From NCBI GenBank assembly GCA_041665065.1, contig JBAYJM010000002.1, positions 19,796 through 83,795 on the forward strand: 64,000 nt of DNA, in the 5' to 3' direction. A model generated the notes under the pieces. It did not search any database, was not told the origin of the DNA, and worked only from the letters and a program-made list of their open reading frames with translations. This DNA is from Candidatus Buchananbacteria bacterium. GTDB lineage: Bacteria; Patescibacteriota; Patescibacteriia; 2-01-FULL-39-33. Position 1 is the first letter of the stretch; each line of letters opens with the position of its first letter. A program made the translations under genes and the position numbers. Below are positions 20,001-29,208 of this stretch, in pieces.

Positions 20001-22422
20001 ATTTGGCACAAATCCCGATGGAAGCGTCGATTCCAAGCTGGCCCATTTACGGGATCAACTCACGGAATGGCAAAGCCAAGGAAAACTGGCAGAGCATCTG
20101 CAGGCAGTATTTATTTTAAACGAAGCTGATAGCAAAGAAGGAGTCAATGTTTTAATCCAAGGTGCTGATGCAGATGGACATATAAATTTTGGACAGGCAA
20201 TTTCTAAATTATTTACCAATCCAGAAAGCTTTAAAGACGGCCACGTTCCATTCAAACACATTGAACTCAGAATTGACGGGCACACCCTAGCAACTGTTTC
20301 TGGCAATGAAATAACTGGTAACTTAATGGGTGAAACAGCTCCTTCATCAATTCTTGAGATTATCCCCGCCCCAGTAGAAGAAGCTGTTACCGACACAATT
20401 TACGACATCCCTCCTGTTTTGCCATTCTATCCAAGACTAGCACTAGAATTGCCAGGTGAGGTTAAAAAACGAGAAAAGAAATTTCTAAGCAAAGAAGAAA
20501 AAGCGGAAGCTAAAAAAATTGCAGCTGCAACTGAAAACACTGAGACTAAAAAAACATCAGAAAACAACACAACAGAAAGCACAGCAACGGATGACAAAGT
20601 AGTAGAAGGTGATGTCGCTATTGCAGATAAAAATTTAGATGTTTTAATAAAAGATATTGACATGTCTGAAGGAAAACTAAGATTAGGATCTTCCGAACAG
20701 ACAAAAATAAAAAGCTGGCTCCTGGAAATGACTCCCGAACAGGCAGACAGTTTTTTCCCGGAAAAACAGTATAATAAAGATGAATTCTATAGCGAAAGTC
20801 ATGATCAGCTGGTCGAACAAAAACTTTCAACCCTAAGAAAGCTAGCATTGGCAACATTGGGTACGAGTTTTGGCAATGATTGGAAGCAATTTTTTGATAA
20901 AATAGGCAAAGGAAATACGGATAGGTCAAACCATCGGGCAGCACTCCTTTTGGAAAATAATCCTGCAGTTGTAAAAATGATCAAAACCGAAGATCAGGAA
21001 TTAGGTAAAACCATTGAGGAGTTGATTAGGAAAAACAAAATTAGAAAAGCCGCTGAAATAACACTAAGACGAACAGAAGAGTGGAAAGATTTAAATCCAA
21101 CAGAATTGGATGAAAAAATAGAAGAAAAAAAAGCAAAACTAACGTCCGAAAACTCAGAAGGAGATGAGGAGGACGATAACGAAGAAGAGGGTAAAGAAAG
21201 AGAGGGTGTTACTCCCGAAGAGACACAAACAATAAATGCCGAGATAAAAACACTTAAAAACGAACGAGAGGGCTTAGCAGAAAAAGCTTTTCAGGAAATG
21301 ACCAGAAAAACTTGGAAAAATATAGTCGTCCACGGCATTGGAAAAAATGAATTTTCAGACTTAGATGGTGAGGCGTGCTTGGGATTATTAAAAATTGCGG
21401 GCATAGATGTGGGGGGCGTCAAATTTGTTGAAAAGGGACAATCAACTCCTGGCGCTATTAATTTTGATACTGGAAATAAAGATGGCATATCTCTTATGGG
21501 CGATACAATCTTTTTGGACCATCATGGAGAAAATTCTCGCCAAGAAAGTTCAGCCACCAAGGTAACATTTGAAGCACTTGCAGGACTTGGGCTATTGGAA
21601 TCTTCGCCGGCCATTAATAAACTAGTAGAATTTGTCACAAAATCCGATAACCTGGACTTTCCATTGGACAAATTAAGCAGAGCAGATTTTAATAATTTTC
21701 CAAAAACTCTATGGGGATTAAAAAGCGGATTTAAAAAGCAGGCCGGCTTTCAAAGGCTATGGGATTTTATGCAAAAACATCCTGAAGTTGGTTTTTCAGA
21801 ACCATTATCGGATGGACTATTGAAGGAACTAGTTGAAGTGGATGATAAAAAAGTAAAAGATGATTTAGAAACTGAAATTGAAACCCAAAAAACCATTGTT
21901 GAAGGTACGGATGAACGCTTTGAAAAACTGAAAGAAAACGGATTTATCATTGAATCCGGAGAAGACGGCTATGGCAATATTGTCGTCAGTCTTTTAGGCA
22001 GGAGAGGCAGTGAAGAAAATGCCGTTCCTGGCAGAATTGAAGAAGTTAAGGCGCATGACTGTAATTGCTTAATTACCTATAATGAATCCGAAAATAACTT
22101 AACCGTAAACACTGATAGGGAAATAGAATTCAAACTCCCGGAAGGAATGGCAATAAGGGGTAGAATGTGGATTCTTGAGGGAGACAGACAGGCAAAAAAA
22201 GAGGCTTTTGGAAGAATAACCCTTCGCCAAGTCATTGAAGGAGTAACTGGCAAAAAAATCAAAGACTTAAAATTAGAAGGCAAACTGGCTGAATTTTTAG
22301 ACAAGGAAAGACCAAGAAAATCTGAGTTAGAAAAGAAAAGAGATAGTCGCAGCCCCAGAAACAGGACGGAAAGAAGCACTGCTCGTCCTAGAACAAAGGA
22401 AAGACGGGATAATGCGGCCTAA
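17059..22422 (+). CDS. Giant acidic protein (1787 aa) with glycine-zipper hydrophobic helices and a C-terminal DHH-like domain
   Basis: Duplicated N-terminal unit (DRDGAISE.../DRDSAITE...), Gly/Ala-rich hydrophobic segments at aa ~575-630 and ~790-810, VHG/DLDG/FDTG/LDHH motifs. Confidence 0.8.
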   Translation: MARKSESKQNKDLTMQNYEKESDKKIREKFWSSDFQKKAIEDRDGAISEMNQTINEEVTKVEMSDDLTEDMKKKLIKKLVSHKKAFLQDINEIEFSNNNEDNDFSQGTDYPQEDTTDMNQPDEDLDHLYNREKSSGYKDGKSKDKTEKQENAELNFKDFRKKIKLVAEQAESKINTKEYKTQLKNDRDSAITEINLPFNEIIDQIENSDLGEGEKEVLLETISAHKRRLLKLINNLETEAENPETISPDQNKDGHPDDQERHPTEIDQKGVDAQRIEEITKQINEETGPVSPETATQKGKETVYLIDIGKVVEAMALREAEKRLEEYKNGKKGILRKLYTRMAEKQFLSKFYHEALMAIRQNRNLMAEIETRILAKSTDTGIADKSKSWEHIDNIINQFKEDLVEENEKGTTMSDTEVNNEVSLLVRRYALGLMSRDDFDREVEKKVVKKIKDKGGHFSDDHSFEAQGESTYVSNLASMAEKYKTDNEKIIKELTEKYGEDQKENIARLLPFEMDFQIQLGTKQKDLVETKPQGVLKWYERFVDWTQNPNLGLDSNDPRYSKKRALLSTVLANPLTYALIPVGIAAGASLFSKRTAKYALAGGIGIATGGGALAAVGAAGILGGAYAAFRRSKHDQDDRGMDLRRRALGAESGGKKTDIIREFAYSLMNIEDTIEELDSLDLTSPTEVQRAKEILQNFYARKELSNDPKEDKQFKVDLFSISGEEGANRKSNIAQMTALKRKVKQIETALGVKRSDFDADIDSIKSTLRTEIQKKDKEFDSFRKKQMWKAGLMGGAMGLVFGEIGLESVNGIKHLMGTEHASTTPVEYLLGLVARHHEAPAPSLVDMSIPGGKIRVPENMPENVKSILPRLFDAEGHLTSDGEGILRGEGFDLNTVGGGPGVAHEVAPSEYFKGLDYGKHLREDWHDEAGKKFSSIFGKAIQFEGKQQMLHLGHDQAGGAFMDVAGVLKNLGKNLDGAFEKFGTNPDGSVDSKLAHLRDQLTEWQSQGKLAEHLQAVFILNEADSKEGVNVLIQGADADGHINFGQAISKLFTNPESFKDGHVPFKHIELRIDGHTLATVSGNEITGNLMGETAPSSILEIIPAPVEEAVTDTIYDIPPVLPFYPRLALELPGEVKKREKKFLSKEEKAEAKKIAAATENTETKKTSENNTTESTATDDKVVEGDVAIADKNLDVLIKDIDMSEGKLRLGSSEQTKIKSWLLEMTPEQADSFFPEKQYNKDEFYSESHDQLVEQKLSTLRKLALATLGTSFGNDWKQFFDKIGKGNTDRSNHRAALLLENNPAVVKMIKTEDQELGKTIEELIRKNKIRKAAEITLRRTEEWKDLNPTELDEKIEEKKAKLTSENSEGDEEDDNEEEGKEREGVTPEETQTINAEIKTLKNEREGLAEKAFQEMTRKTWKNIVVHGIGKNEFSDLDGEACLGLLKIAGIDVGGVKFVEKGQSTPGAINFDTGNKDGISLMGDTIFLDHHGENSRQESSATKVTFEALAGLGLLESSPAINKLVEFVTKSDNLDFPLDKLSRADFNNFPKTLWGLKSGFKKQAGFQRLWDFMQKHPEVGFSEPLSDGLLKELVEVDDKKVKDDLETEIETQKTIVEGTDERFEKLKENGFIIESGEDGYGNIVVSLLGRRGSEENAVPGRIEEVKAHDCNCLITYNESENNLTVNTDREIEFKLPEGMAIRGRMWILEGDRQAKKEAFGRITLRQVIEGVTGKKIKDLKLEGKLAEFLDKERPRKSELEKKRDSRSPRNRTERSTARPRTKERRDNAA

Positions 22423-22443
22423 TCATTAAACATTTGATGTCCT

Positions 22444-22474
22444 AAAAAAGTCCAGCCTAAAAGCTGGACTTTTT
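22444..22474 (+). terminator. Intrinsic terminator
   Basis: AAAAAGTCCAGC-CTAAAA-GCTGGACTTTTT. Confidence 0.75.
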
Positions 22475-22535
22475 ATCTATTGCCAAATTTTTGTGCTTCT
22501 GATATGATGATCTGTTAAATATTAAACCGTCTATT

Positions 22536-23657
22536 ATGGATAAATATTTAAAATATCACCATCCGGAACTACAGAAACTGAAGGTAGAAAGGCTTCAAAA
22601 ATTTTATCTGGCAATAGAGGGCACATCCGACCAAATCACCATAACCGACAGAGATGGAATAATTATTTATGCCAATAAAGCCACCAAATTTTTAAGCGGC
22701 TACAGCGCCAAAGAAATAATTGGCAAAAAGCCCGATCTGTGGGCAAAGAATATTATTTTTAATTGTAAGAGCTATAACTGTTTTTATGGCGATATGTTTA
22801 AAACGGTTCGCGAAAAAAACTGCTGCTTTTTTGGAGAAGTAAAAAATCAGCACAAAACCGGAAAAATATATTTTACTAATGTCCGCATTACCTCAATTCG
22901 CGATTATCAAAATGGAAAACAATTTTTTGTGATAACAGAAAGAGATATCACACCAATGAAACAACTTAATCAGACAAAACTGGAATTCATCTCCATGACC
23001 TCGCATGAATTACGCACGCCACTGGCCAGTATTAGCCTAGCGTCAGAATTATTAATAAGAGGGGCCGATAAGAATGGGATTAACCAAAAATTTTTACTTG
23101 AAGAAATATACATAAATACTCAAAAAATGGCCCATCTGATATCAACCTTGATGGATTTGGCAAGGATCGAGATGGGAACATTAACCATAAATCCGGAGGC
23201 AATTGACATAGTCGCATCGCTAAACAAGATATTAAACGAGATGGAGGTTCAAATTAAAAACAAAAATATTTCTGTCAAAAACGTTTTTGATCAAAACGTT
23301 CCGGCCATAATGTTTGATAAAAAAATATTTTTGGTTATTTTTGATAATTTAATTTCAAATGCAATCAAATATACGCCAAACGAAGGAAATATTACATTAA
23401 AAGTTAAAAAATTTCAGGACAAGATTGAGATTCACACAATAGACACTGGCATTGGAATTGACAAGAAGGATCAAGCGCATATATTTTATAAACAATTCAG
23501 AGCGGAAAATGCCTTAAAGTCAAAAAATGAAGGCAACGGATTGGGTTTATATATTGTTAAATCCCTTATTGAAAAAACGAATGCCAAGATTAGCGTTCAA
23601 TCGGAAATAAACAAAGGATCAACCTTTAAGGTTATATTTCCTACTTCTCTAAATTAA
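22536..23657 (+). CDS. PAS-domain sensor histidine kinase
   Basis: PAS (ITDRDGIIIYAN), H-box SHELRTPL, NLISNAIKY, DTGIGI, GNGLGL. Confidence 0.95.
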   Translation: MDKYLKYHHPELQKLKVERLQKFYLAIEGTSDQITITDRDGIIIYANKATKFLSGYSAKEIIGKKPDLWAKNIIFNCKSYNCFYGDMFKTVREKNCCFFGEVKNQHKTGKIYFTNVRITSIRDYQNGKQFFVITERDITPMKQLNQTKLEFISMTSHELRTPLASISLASELLIRGADKNGINQKFLLEEIYINTQKMAHLISTLMDLARIEMGTLTINPEAIDIVASLNKILNEMEVQIKNKNISVKNVFDQNVPAIMFDKKIFLVIFDNLISNAIKYTPNEGNITLKVKKFQDKIEIHTIDTGIGIDKKDQAHIFYKQFRAENALKSKNEGNGLGLYIVKSLIEKTNAKISVQSEINKGSTFKVIFPTSLN

Positions 23658-23748
23658 AAAAGTCCGCCTAAGCGGACCTTAATTCCAAGATTCCAAGCAA
23701 AAAACCAAGTTCCCTCCGGCTTGGTTTTTTGCTTGGCCACACAATCAT

Positions 23749-24435
23749 TTACTCCCCATTGATTTTGTATCCAATTCCGTATACGGTCTGCAAAATCCTT
23801 CCGTCTCTATCGCCTATTTTCTTGCGCAAATTGGTTATATGGACATCTACAATATTGCTAAATGAATCATATGCAAAATCCCAGAGATTAGATATTATCT
23901 GCTCGCGATTCATAACCTGGTTGGGGTGTCGCATCAAATATTCCAACAAGCTGAATTCCTTTAAGGTTAATCTGGCTTCCCTATCATGGACAAAAACCTT
24001 TTTAGTTAAAGGATTTAATGTAATATCTCGAGTTTTAAGTATAGCGGGCAACGCAAGTTTTGGCCTTCTCAAAAGCGCCTGAATTCTAGCCAAAAGAATG
24101 TTAAAAGAAAATGGCTTTATTAAATAATCATCTGCTCCGGCATTTAATCCGGCTACAATATCGGCCTCTCCATCTTTAGCGGTTAAAATCAGAATCGGGG
24201 TGCTGATATTTTTTTCTCTGACATTTTTACAAATTGTAATACCATCCCTGTCTGGAAGCATCAGATCCAAAACAATCAGATCATAATCATCATGATAAAG
24301 CTCAATCCGTGTCTGACCACCAATTCCGTCATGCACGCAATCCGCAGCAAAGCCCTCGGATTCAAGGCCGGTTTTAATTAATTTTGCCAAGTTTTCTTGG
24401 TCTTCAATGATTAAAATCCTCATATTTTTGTCCAT
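23749..24435 (-). CDS. OmpR-family response regulator
   Basis: ILIIED, LDLMLP, GADDYLIKPF, wHTH 'DVHITNLRKK..TVYGIGY'. Confidence 0.95.
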   Translation of the reverse strand: MDKNMRILIIEDQENLAKLIKTGLESEGFAADCVHDGIGGQTRIELYHDDYDLIVLDLMLPDRDGITICKNVREKNISTPILILTAKDGEADIVAGLNAGADDYLIKPFSFNILLARIQALLRRPKLALPAILKTRDITLNPLTKKVFVHDREARLTLKEFSLLEYLMRHPNQVMNREQIISNLWDFAYDSFSNIVDVHITNLRKKIGDRDGRILQTVYGIGYKINGE

Positions 24436-24598
24436 TAATTTATTAAAGATATATAAAAATACGATAAATTGATGATTTTCCTTCCCCTCTTCTAGGGTGG
24501 GCCATTCTTTTAAACGTACTGAAAAAATATTGGGTAACTTAATAGCCTATCAGAAAAAAAAATAATGTCAATAGCTATTTTTCAGAAAATAGGCCGCC

Positions 24599-25651
24599 AT
24601 GACAAAAATACTCAATTTAGCCTATAAAAACTGGGCTATTCATTTAGAATTAATATCAAATAGATATGATTTATTTATTAAAAAAACAAAGATGGCTATA
24701 AAAAAACTGACAATAATTTTTATCTTTTTTACATTTCTAATGTTTAATTCAAATATTGTTTTTGCCCAAAATACAATAATATTGGAAGACGCTACTTCAA
24801 CCGATCCCTTTTTAATTCAAAATAATCAAGATGAGACTATATTGAAAACCTTTCCAAACGGAGTCCAAGTCGAATTATCAATAGCAAAAAACTCCTTTCA
24901 GGGCGATGTAAAACTATCCATCAGCCAGCTAAAACTTACTAATTCAAATAATCCCCTGGCAAGATATGATGCCATAATCTTGGGGTCAACTGCTTTTGAA
25001 ATTTCAGCAATAGACAACGCCGGGAAAGAAATTATAAAACTTAACAATAAAATAACAGCTGAAATCACCTATCCGGAAACCTATTCCATAGATTCCTCCT
25101 CAACCGGAGCCTATTACTTTGACATCGTTAGCCCTAAATGGATTTTAATCCAAGATACTATTCTAAATCCCAGTCCAAGAAATATTACTATGGAGACCGA
25201 CCGGCTCTACCCAATTGGAATTTTTAACGTATCACAATTGCCGGATATTTTAAAAATAAAAGAAAATGCTAAAACCGCTCGGGCTTTATTGGATTTTGGA
25301 GACAGAAATCTACTTAGGGATGAAACTACCGGAAGAATATATATTATTACGCAAAACAAGAAAGTTTATATTTCAAATATTGAGGAATTAAAGAGATATC
25401 CTGGAGTCCCCGTTTACAATGTGACGCTAAGCCAGCTAGATTCATATCCACTTGTTGATTTGATTGCTCTAAGAGACAGGCCATATTCCGGAAATATCCT
25501 ATTGCAAAATACCGATACCAATAAAATTTATTTAATTGTAAATGGGATGAAAAAATATTTGCCAAATACAGAAGAGGCGAGACGCTATCGACAATTTGAA
25601 ACAATTACCGCCAACAATGAAATAATCAGCCGGTATCCGTTATTAAAATAG
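24599..25651 (+). CDS. Secreted hypothetical protein with two C-terminal repeats
   Basis: Signal peptide (start probably 24692, MAIKK); repeats 'LLRDETTGRIYII' and 'LLQNTDTNKIYLI'. Confidence 0.65.
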   Translation: MTKILNLAYKNWAIHLELISNRYDLFIKKTKMAIKKLTIIFIFFTFLMFNSNIVFAQNTIILEDATSTDPFLIQNNQDETILKTFPNGVQVELSIAKNSFQGDVKLSISQLKLTNSNNPLARYDAIILGSTAFEISAIDNAGKEIIKLNNKITAEITYPETYSIDSSSTGAYYFDIVSPKWILIQDTILNPSPRNITMETDRLYPIGIFNVSQLPDILKIKENAKTARALLDFGDRNLLRDETTGRIYIITQNKKVYISNIEELKRYPGVPVYNVTLSQLDSYPLVDLIALRDRPYSGNILLQNTDTNKIYLIVNGMKKYLPNTEEARRYRQFETITANNEIISRYPLLK

Positions 25652-25699
25652 CCGATAACCAAAAAACTCCGGGATCGGCCGAAGTTTTTTGTATTATAG

Positions 25700-25897
25700 C
25701 TATTCGATTTCCTTAATGACCATTTTAATTTTATTTTCCAAATCATCACGCGTAGTTATATCAGTAGCCTCATAAATAAGGCCTTCGTGATCTTTGAGAT
25801 GATGAGCCATTGCTCTCTGTACCAGGCTGTAGGTGCTCTCATCTCGGATGTTATATTCACAGTCCATTCCTAAATCCCGGCAAGAAAATGATTTCAT
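25700..25897 (-). CDS. DUF1059-family small metal-binding protein
   Basis: MKSFSCRDLGMDC...HHLKDH. Confidence 0.8.
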   Translation of the reverse strand: MKSFSCRDLGMDCEYNIRDESTYSLVQRAMAHHLKDHEGLIYEATDITTRDDLENKIKMVIKEIE

Positions 25898-25958
25898 AAG
25901 ATTGTTGCTTATTAGTTAGTTGAATCTATTATTTTAAGCAACAATGATTATGATGCGA

Positions 25959-26045
25959 TTAACTAATCATGAACAAAGCAACAACAAGAGAAAGGACTAG
26001 AATGATAATTATAACCGCTAAAAAAATCTTGATATTTTCAGACAT
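25959..26045 (-). CDS. 28-aa single-TM micro-protein
   Basis: MSENIKIFLAVIIIILVLSLVVALFMIS*; starts 10 nt after the patatin stop. Confidence 0.45.
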   Translation of the reverse strand: MSENIKIFLAVIIIILVLSLVVALFMIS

Positions 26046-26055
26046 AATATTTTGA

Positions 26056-26892
26056 TTAATTTATTATAGCTTTGCCCGTATCTATCCCCAACAATTTTTT
26101 AATCGCCGGGATTATTTTTTCAGCCTCCTTCTGCCCGAGATTTATAAATTTCTGGTCTATTTTATCCATAAAATAGCCCTTAAAACTATAAAAACCGACT
26201 AAATCAGTTTTGGGCTCAATTATAAAATCAGAATTTTTCATGCTTGATCTGGATAAATTCCGCCAGATAATATTAAATGCCCTTGAAGCGACATTTATAA
26301 TATTTAATTTTGATCCTTTGTATATTTTACTATAATTATAATTATCCAAGCAAACAGAAATCACAATATCAGCTCCCATTTTTTTGACAATATTATCTGG
26401 TACAGGATTGGAAAGCCCGCCATCAACCAAAACTTTTCTGTCTCTTTTTACCGGCTTATATAATATCGGGATTGCTGAGCTAGCCATAATGGCACTCACC
26501 AAATCTCCTTTTACAATGTCAACCTCTTCTCCAGTATTAATATCAGTGGCTATTACGGTCAGTGGTATAGCAGTATTGCTAAAATTCTTCTTGCCAATCC
26601 AATCGGTCAATAATTTTTCTAATCTCTTGCCCTTTATAATCCCCCCATTAAAGGACGGATCAAGAAATGAATAGAAGGCGTGCGATTTGGATTTTATCGC
26701 TTTTTCTTCGAGCTCTTCAATATTTTCATACACCGAGTAATGCGCGCCGACAAGAGCACCGACGCTTGTTCCGGCCATAAAATCAATAGGAATATTATTC
26801 TTGACCAAAGCCTTTATGACTCCGACATGAATAAGTCCGCGGGTAAATCCCCCGCCTAAGGCCAAGCCGATTGTTTTTCTTTTTTGAGGCAT
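26056..26892 (-). CDS. Patatin-like phospholipase
   Basis: LGGG, GTSVG (GxSxG) and DGG motifs. Confidence 0.95.
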   Translation of the reverse strand: MPQKRKTIGLALGGGFTRGLIHVGVIKALVKNNIPIDFMAGTSVGALVGAHYSVYENIEELEEKAIKSKSHAFYSFLDPSFNGGIIKGKRLEKLLTDWIGKKNFSNTAIPLTVIATDINTGEEVDIVKGDLVSAIMASSAIPILYKPVKRDRKVLVDGGLSNPVPDNIVKKMGADIVISVCLDNYNYSKIYKGSKLNIINVASRAFNIIWRNLSRSSMKNSDFIIEPKTDLVGFYSFKGYFMDKIDQKFINLGQKEAEKIIPAIKKLLGIDTGKAIIN

Positions 26893-26940
26893 ATAAATTA
26901 TATATTAATTATACACCTCATTCATTAAGAAATCCTAAAT

Positions 26941-27459
26941 TTAAAATTTATTCTTAGGATAAATTGCTATTATCCTCCTGACAATCAACTTGGGTTTTTG
27001 CCGGCAAAAACCGCCCTCAAAGCCAAACCATACCTTTTCGAGGCGATCATTTTTCATCTTTCGCAAGATATTATATTCCGGATCAAAATAATAAACATTT
27101 TCATTATCAACTTTTACTACAACAGAATAATGGCTCTCATAACCGGAAAACCAATTTATAATAACCGGCATTCCCTTGCCTTTTACGCAATCACAAATGT
27201 CGCTTATCTGCGACCAATCTTTGACAAAACCATCAAAACCCAGCTTCTTGGCAGCTAAAAGGATATTTTCCCCCATAGAGCCGGCTGGATGAGAAACTTC
27301 TTTAGTTTTTATCATTTTTGCCAATTCTTCCAAACTTTTATGCGTGCCATAAAAATCCAAAATCATTTTAAGACTCGCCGGACCGCAATAGCCGGGAAGT
27401 TGTTTTACTAATTTTACTTTCAATCTTTTTGTCATGGCTTTTACTTTTATTAATACCAA
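26941..27459 (-). CDS. C39-like cysteine peptidase (stand-alone)
   Basis: QLPGYCGPASL (Q/C), HYSVV, DP; start probably 27435. Confidence 0.85.
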   Translation of the reverse strand: MVLIKVKAMTKRLKVKLVKQLPGYCGPASLKMILDFYGTHKSLEELAKMIKTKEVSHPAGSMGENILLAAKKLGFDGFVKDWSQISDICDCVKGKGMPVIINWFSGYESHYSVVVKVDNENVYYFDPEYNILRKMKNDRLEKVWFGFEGGFCRQKPKLIVRRIIAIYPKNKF

Positions 27460-28415
27460 ATTGTTTTTGTCCGATGATACGGCTTGTCATCCGGTGATTT
27501 TTTCTGCCCCTTAAACCAAAAAATGTGATCTACCATAGTTGCATTAATTTCTGGAAATTTTTCTTTTAAAATCCTTGTTGCCAATTCAACTGCCCAAATT
27601 GTATTTGCCCTTATTTCAATTTCCTCATCGCTTCCTTGGATAATTTCGATTTTATTATCAATCTTATCCGCCAACTCATTTGAATACTCTAATATTTTAA
27701 ATTTTCTAAGCGATTGCGGAACTTTATATTCAGCACAAGCGGTTAAATCATCATACCCAGTCAAATCAATATCAATAATCTTATTTTCCTTCAAATCAAA
27801 TAAATGAGCAATAAGTATCTGTGCTCTTTTAAATAATTTTACTTCCTGTCCGTGATAATTTGCAACATCATTAAAAATTTCAGGAAAATCACTTGCTAAT
27901 ATCTCCAATAATTTTAAAGCATCGCCATCAGATTTTATTATCACCTCAGAAAATGAACCGTTATATTTTTCAATGATAATTTCTCCTAATTTTTTTAAAA
28001 TTTCCAGGCGCTCATCAAAAAGTGGAATTTCAACATTACCCTTTAAAATTTCAGCCAAATCCTCTTTTGTTAAATTTTTTAAATAATTTGCGTCCAATAA
28101 ATTAAAGCCGTCTTTAATCGCTCTCTTGGTTGCTTTAAGCAGGCCAAAAAAACCGTCATAAAATTTTCCTTGGTCTTCAATTGTCCATTTTGGCTCGGAC
28201 CAATAGCAAAAATTAATTGCGCTTATTACAAAAATATAGGCGATTTGCTGTCCCTGCGATAGACCTTCGCCCGGTTGCAGTTCTAAGGCAAAACCAAGAT
28301 TTGCAAAATCGGCTTCTGTCACTTGATTGCAAAAATCCCTCATCGCCAGCTCATTTATGCTGACAAATTTTGAATTTTTTATAACTGGCTGAATTGATTC
28401 TAAAACTGAAAGCAT
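27450..28415 (-). CDS. Queuosine salvage family protein (QNG1/DUF2419-like)
   Basis: AINFCYW, LFKRAQIL, EYKVPQ.L, EIEIRA.T, HRTKTIWY. Confidence 0.85.
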   Translation of the reverse strand: MLSVLESIQPVIKNSKFVSINELAMRDFCNQVTEADFANLGFALELQPGEGLSQGQQIAYIFVISAINFCYWSEPKWTIEDQGKFYDGFFGLLKATKRAIKDGFNLLDANYLKNLTKEDLAEILKGNVEIPLFDERLEILKKLGEIIIEKYNGSFSEVIIKSDGDALKLLEILASDFPEIFNDVANYHGQEVKLFKRAQILIAHLFDLKENKIIDIDLTGYDDLTACAEYKVPQSLRKFKILEYSNELADKIDNKIEIIQGSDEEIEIRANTIWAVELATRILKEKFPEINATMVDHIFWFKGQKKSPDDKPYHRTKTIWY

Positions 28416-28487
28416 AGTTTTAAATTATTTTTCCAAACTAGCATGCCGACTGATTTGTGATCGCAGATTTTTGCCATATTTTTATTT

Positions 28488-29207
28488 TTATCGATTACCT
28501 TCTAGATGTTTCAAAACTTTTTTATGCAATGATTGTACAACTGGTTGACTCCTTTTTCTAGCTTTTTTATACTTATCCTGCAAATCTTCCCACTCATTAA
28601 CATCCGAGGCCTTATCAAGCCTTTTCCAAATATCCTCATCAGACATACCAACTGTTATTAAATTCTTTATCAGCGGATTTATCTGGGCTCTGTCTATATG
28701 GTTTATTCCTTCTTTGGGATCCTTAAAATCAGGGCTATAAATTTCCAACACTATTCCATAAATAACCGGGCTTAAATTTTTTTTCTTTGCATAAAATTCT
28801 GACATTCTGTATTTGGCTCTCTTAACTTTCACTGCAAAATCTTTTTTCATCCATAAAGGAATAGGTGCGATAAAAACATCAATAACATTCTTTTTTATAA
28901 TATAGCCATGTTTTCTAAAGACCTTGCCGATTAAACCTCCTTGCCTTATCTCATCATCTATTTTTACAAGTTCTTTGTTATTTGTGTCATAAGTGAGAAA
29001 AGTTAATGCGTAAGTCCTTAGAATATTATTTTTATCGACCAACCTGGCCTCTCGAGTTCTTTCTGTTTTCTTTTTATTTTTTAAAGCCCTGTCATGTCTT
29101 AAAACAACGGCGTGAATCGGCCCATATTTCTGTTCCAAAATATCTGTATGAAGTTTTTTCTTAACTGGAAAATGTATCTGGACGGTTCTATGTTTTATTA
29201 ACTCCAT
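28488..29207 (-). CDS. Hypothetical protein
   Basis: 239-aa ORF in an operon; no confident motif. Confidence 0.7.
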   Translation of the reverse strand: MELIKHRTVQIHFPVKKKLHTDILEQKYGPIHAVVLRHDRALKNKKKTERTREARLVDKNNILRTYALTFLTYDTNNKELVKIDDEIRQGGLIGKVFRKHGYIIKKNVIDVFIAPIPLWMKKDFAVKVKRAKYRMSEFYAKKKNLSPVIYGIVLEIYSPDFKDPKEGINHIDRAQINPLIKNLITVGMSDEDIWKRLDKASDVNEWEDLQDKYKKARKRSQPVVQSLHKKVLKHLEGNR

Positions 29208-29208
29208 A

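Noticed and set aside
28488-29207. Chorismate-lyase/UTRA-like fold
   Set aside because: Only a vague resemblance; not supportable without a profile search.
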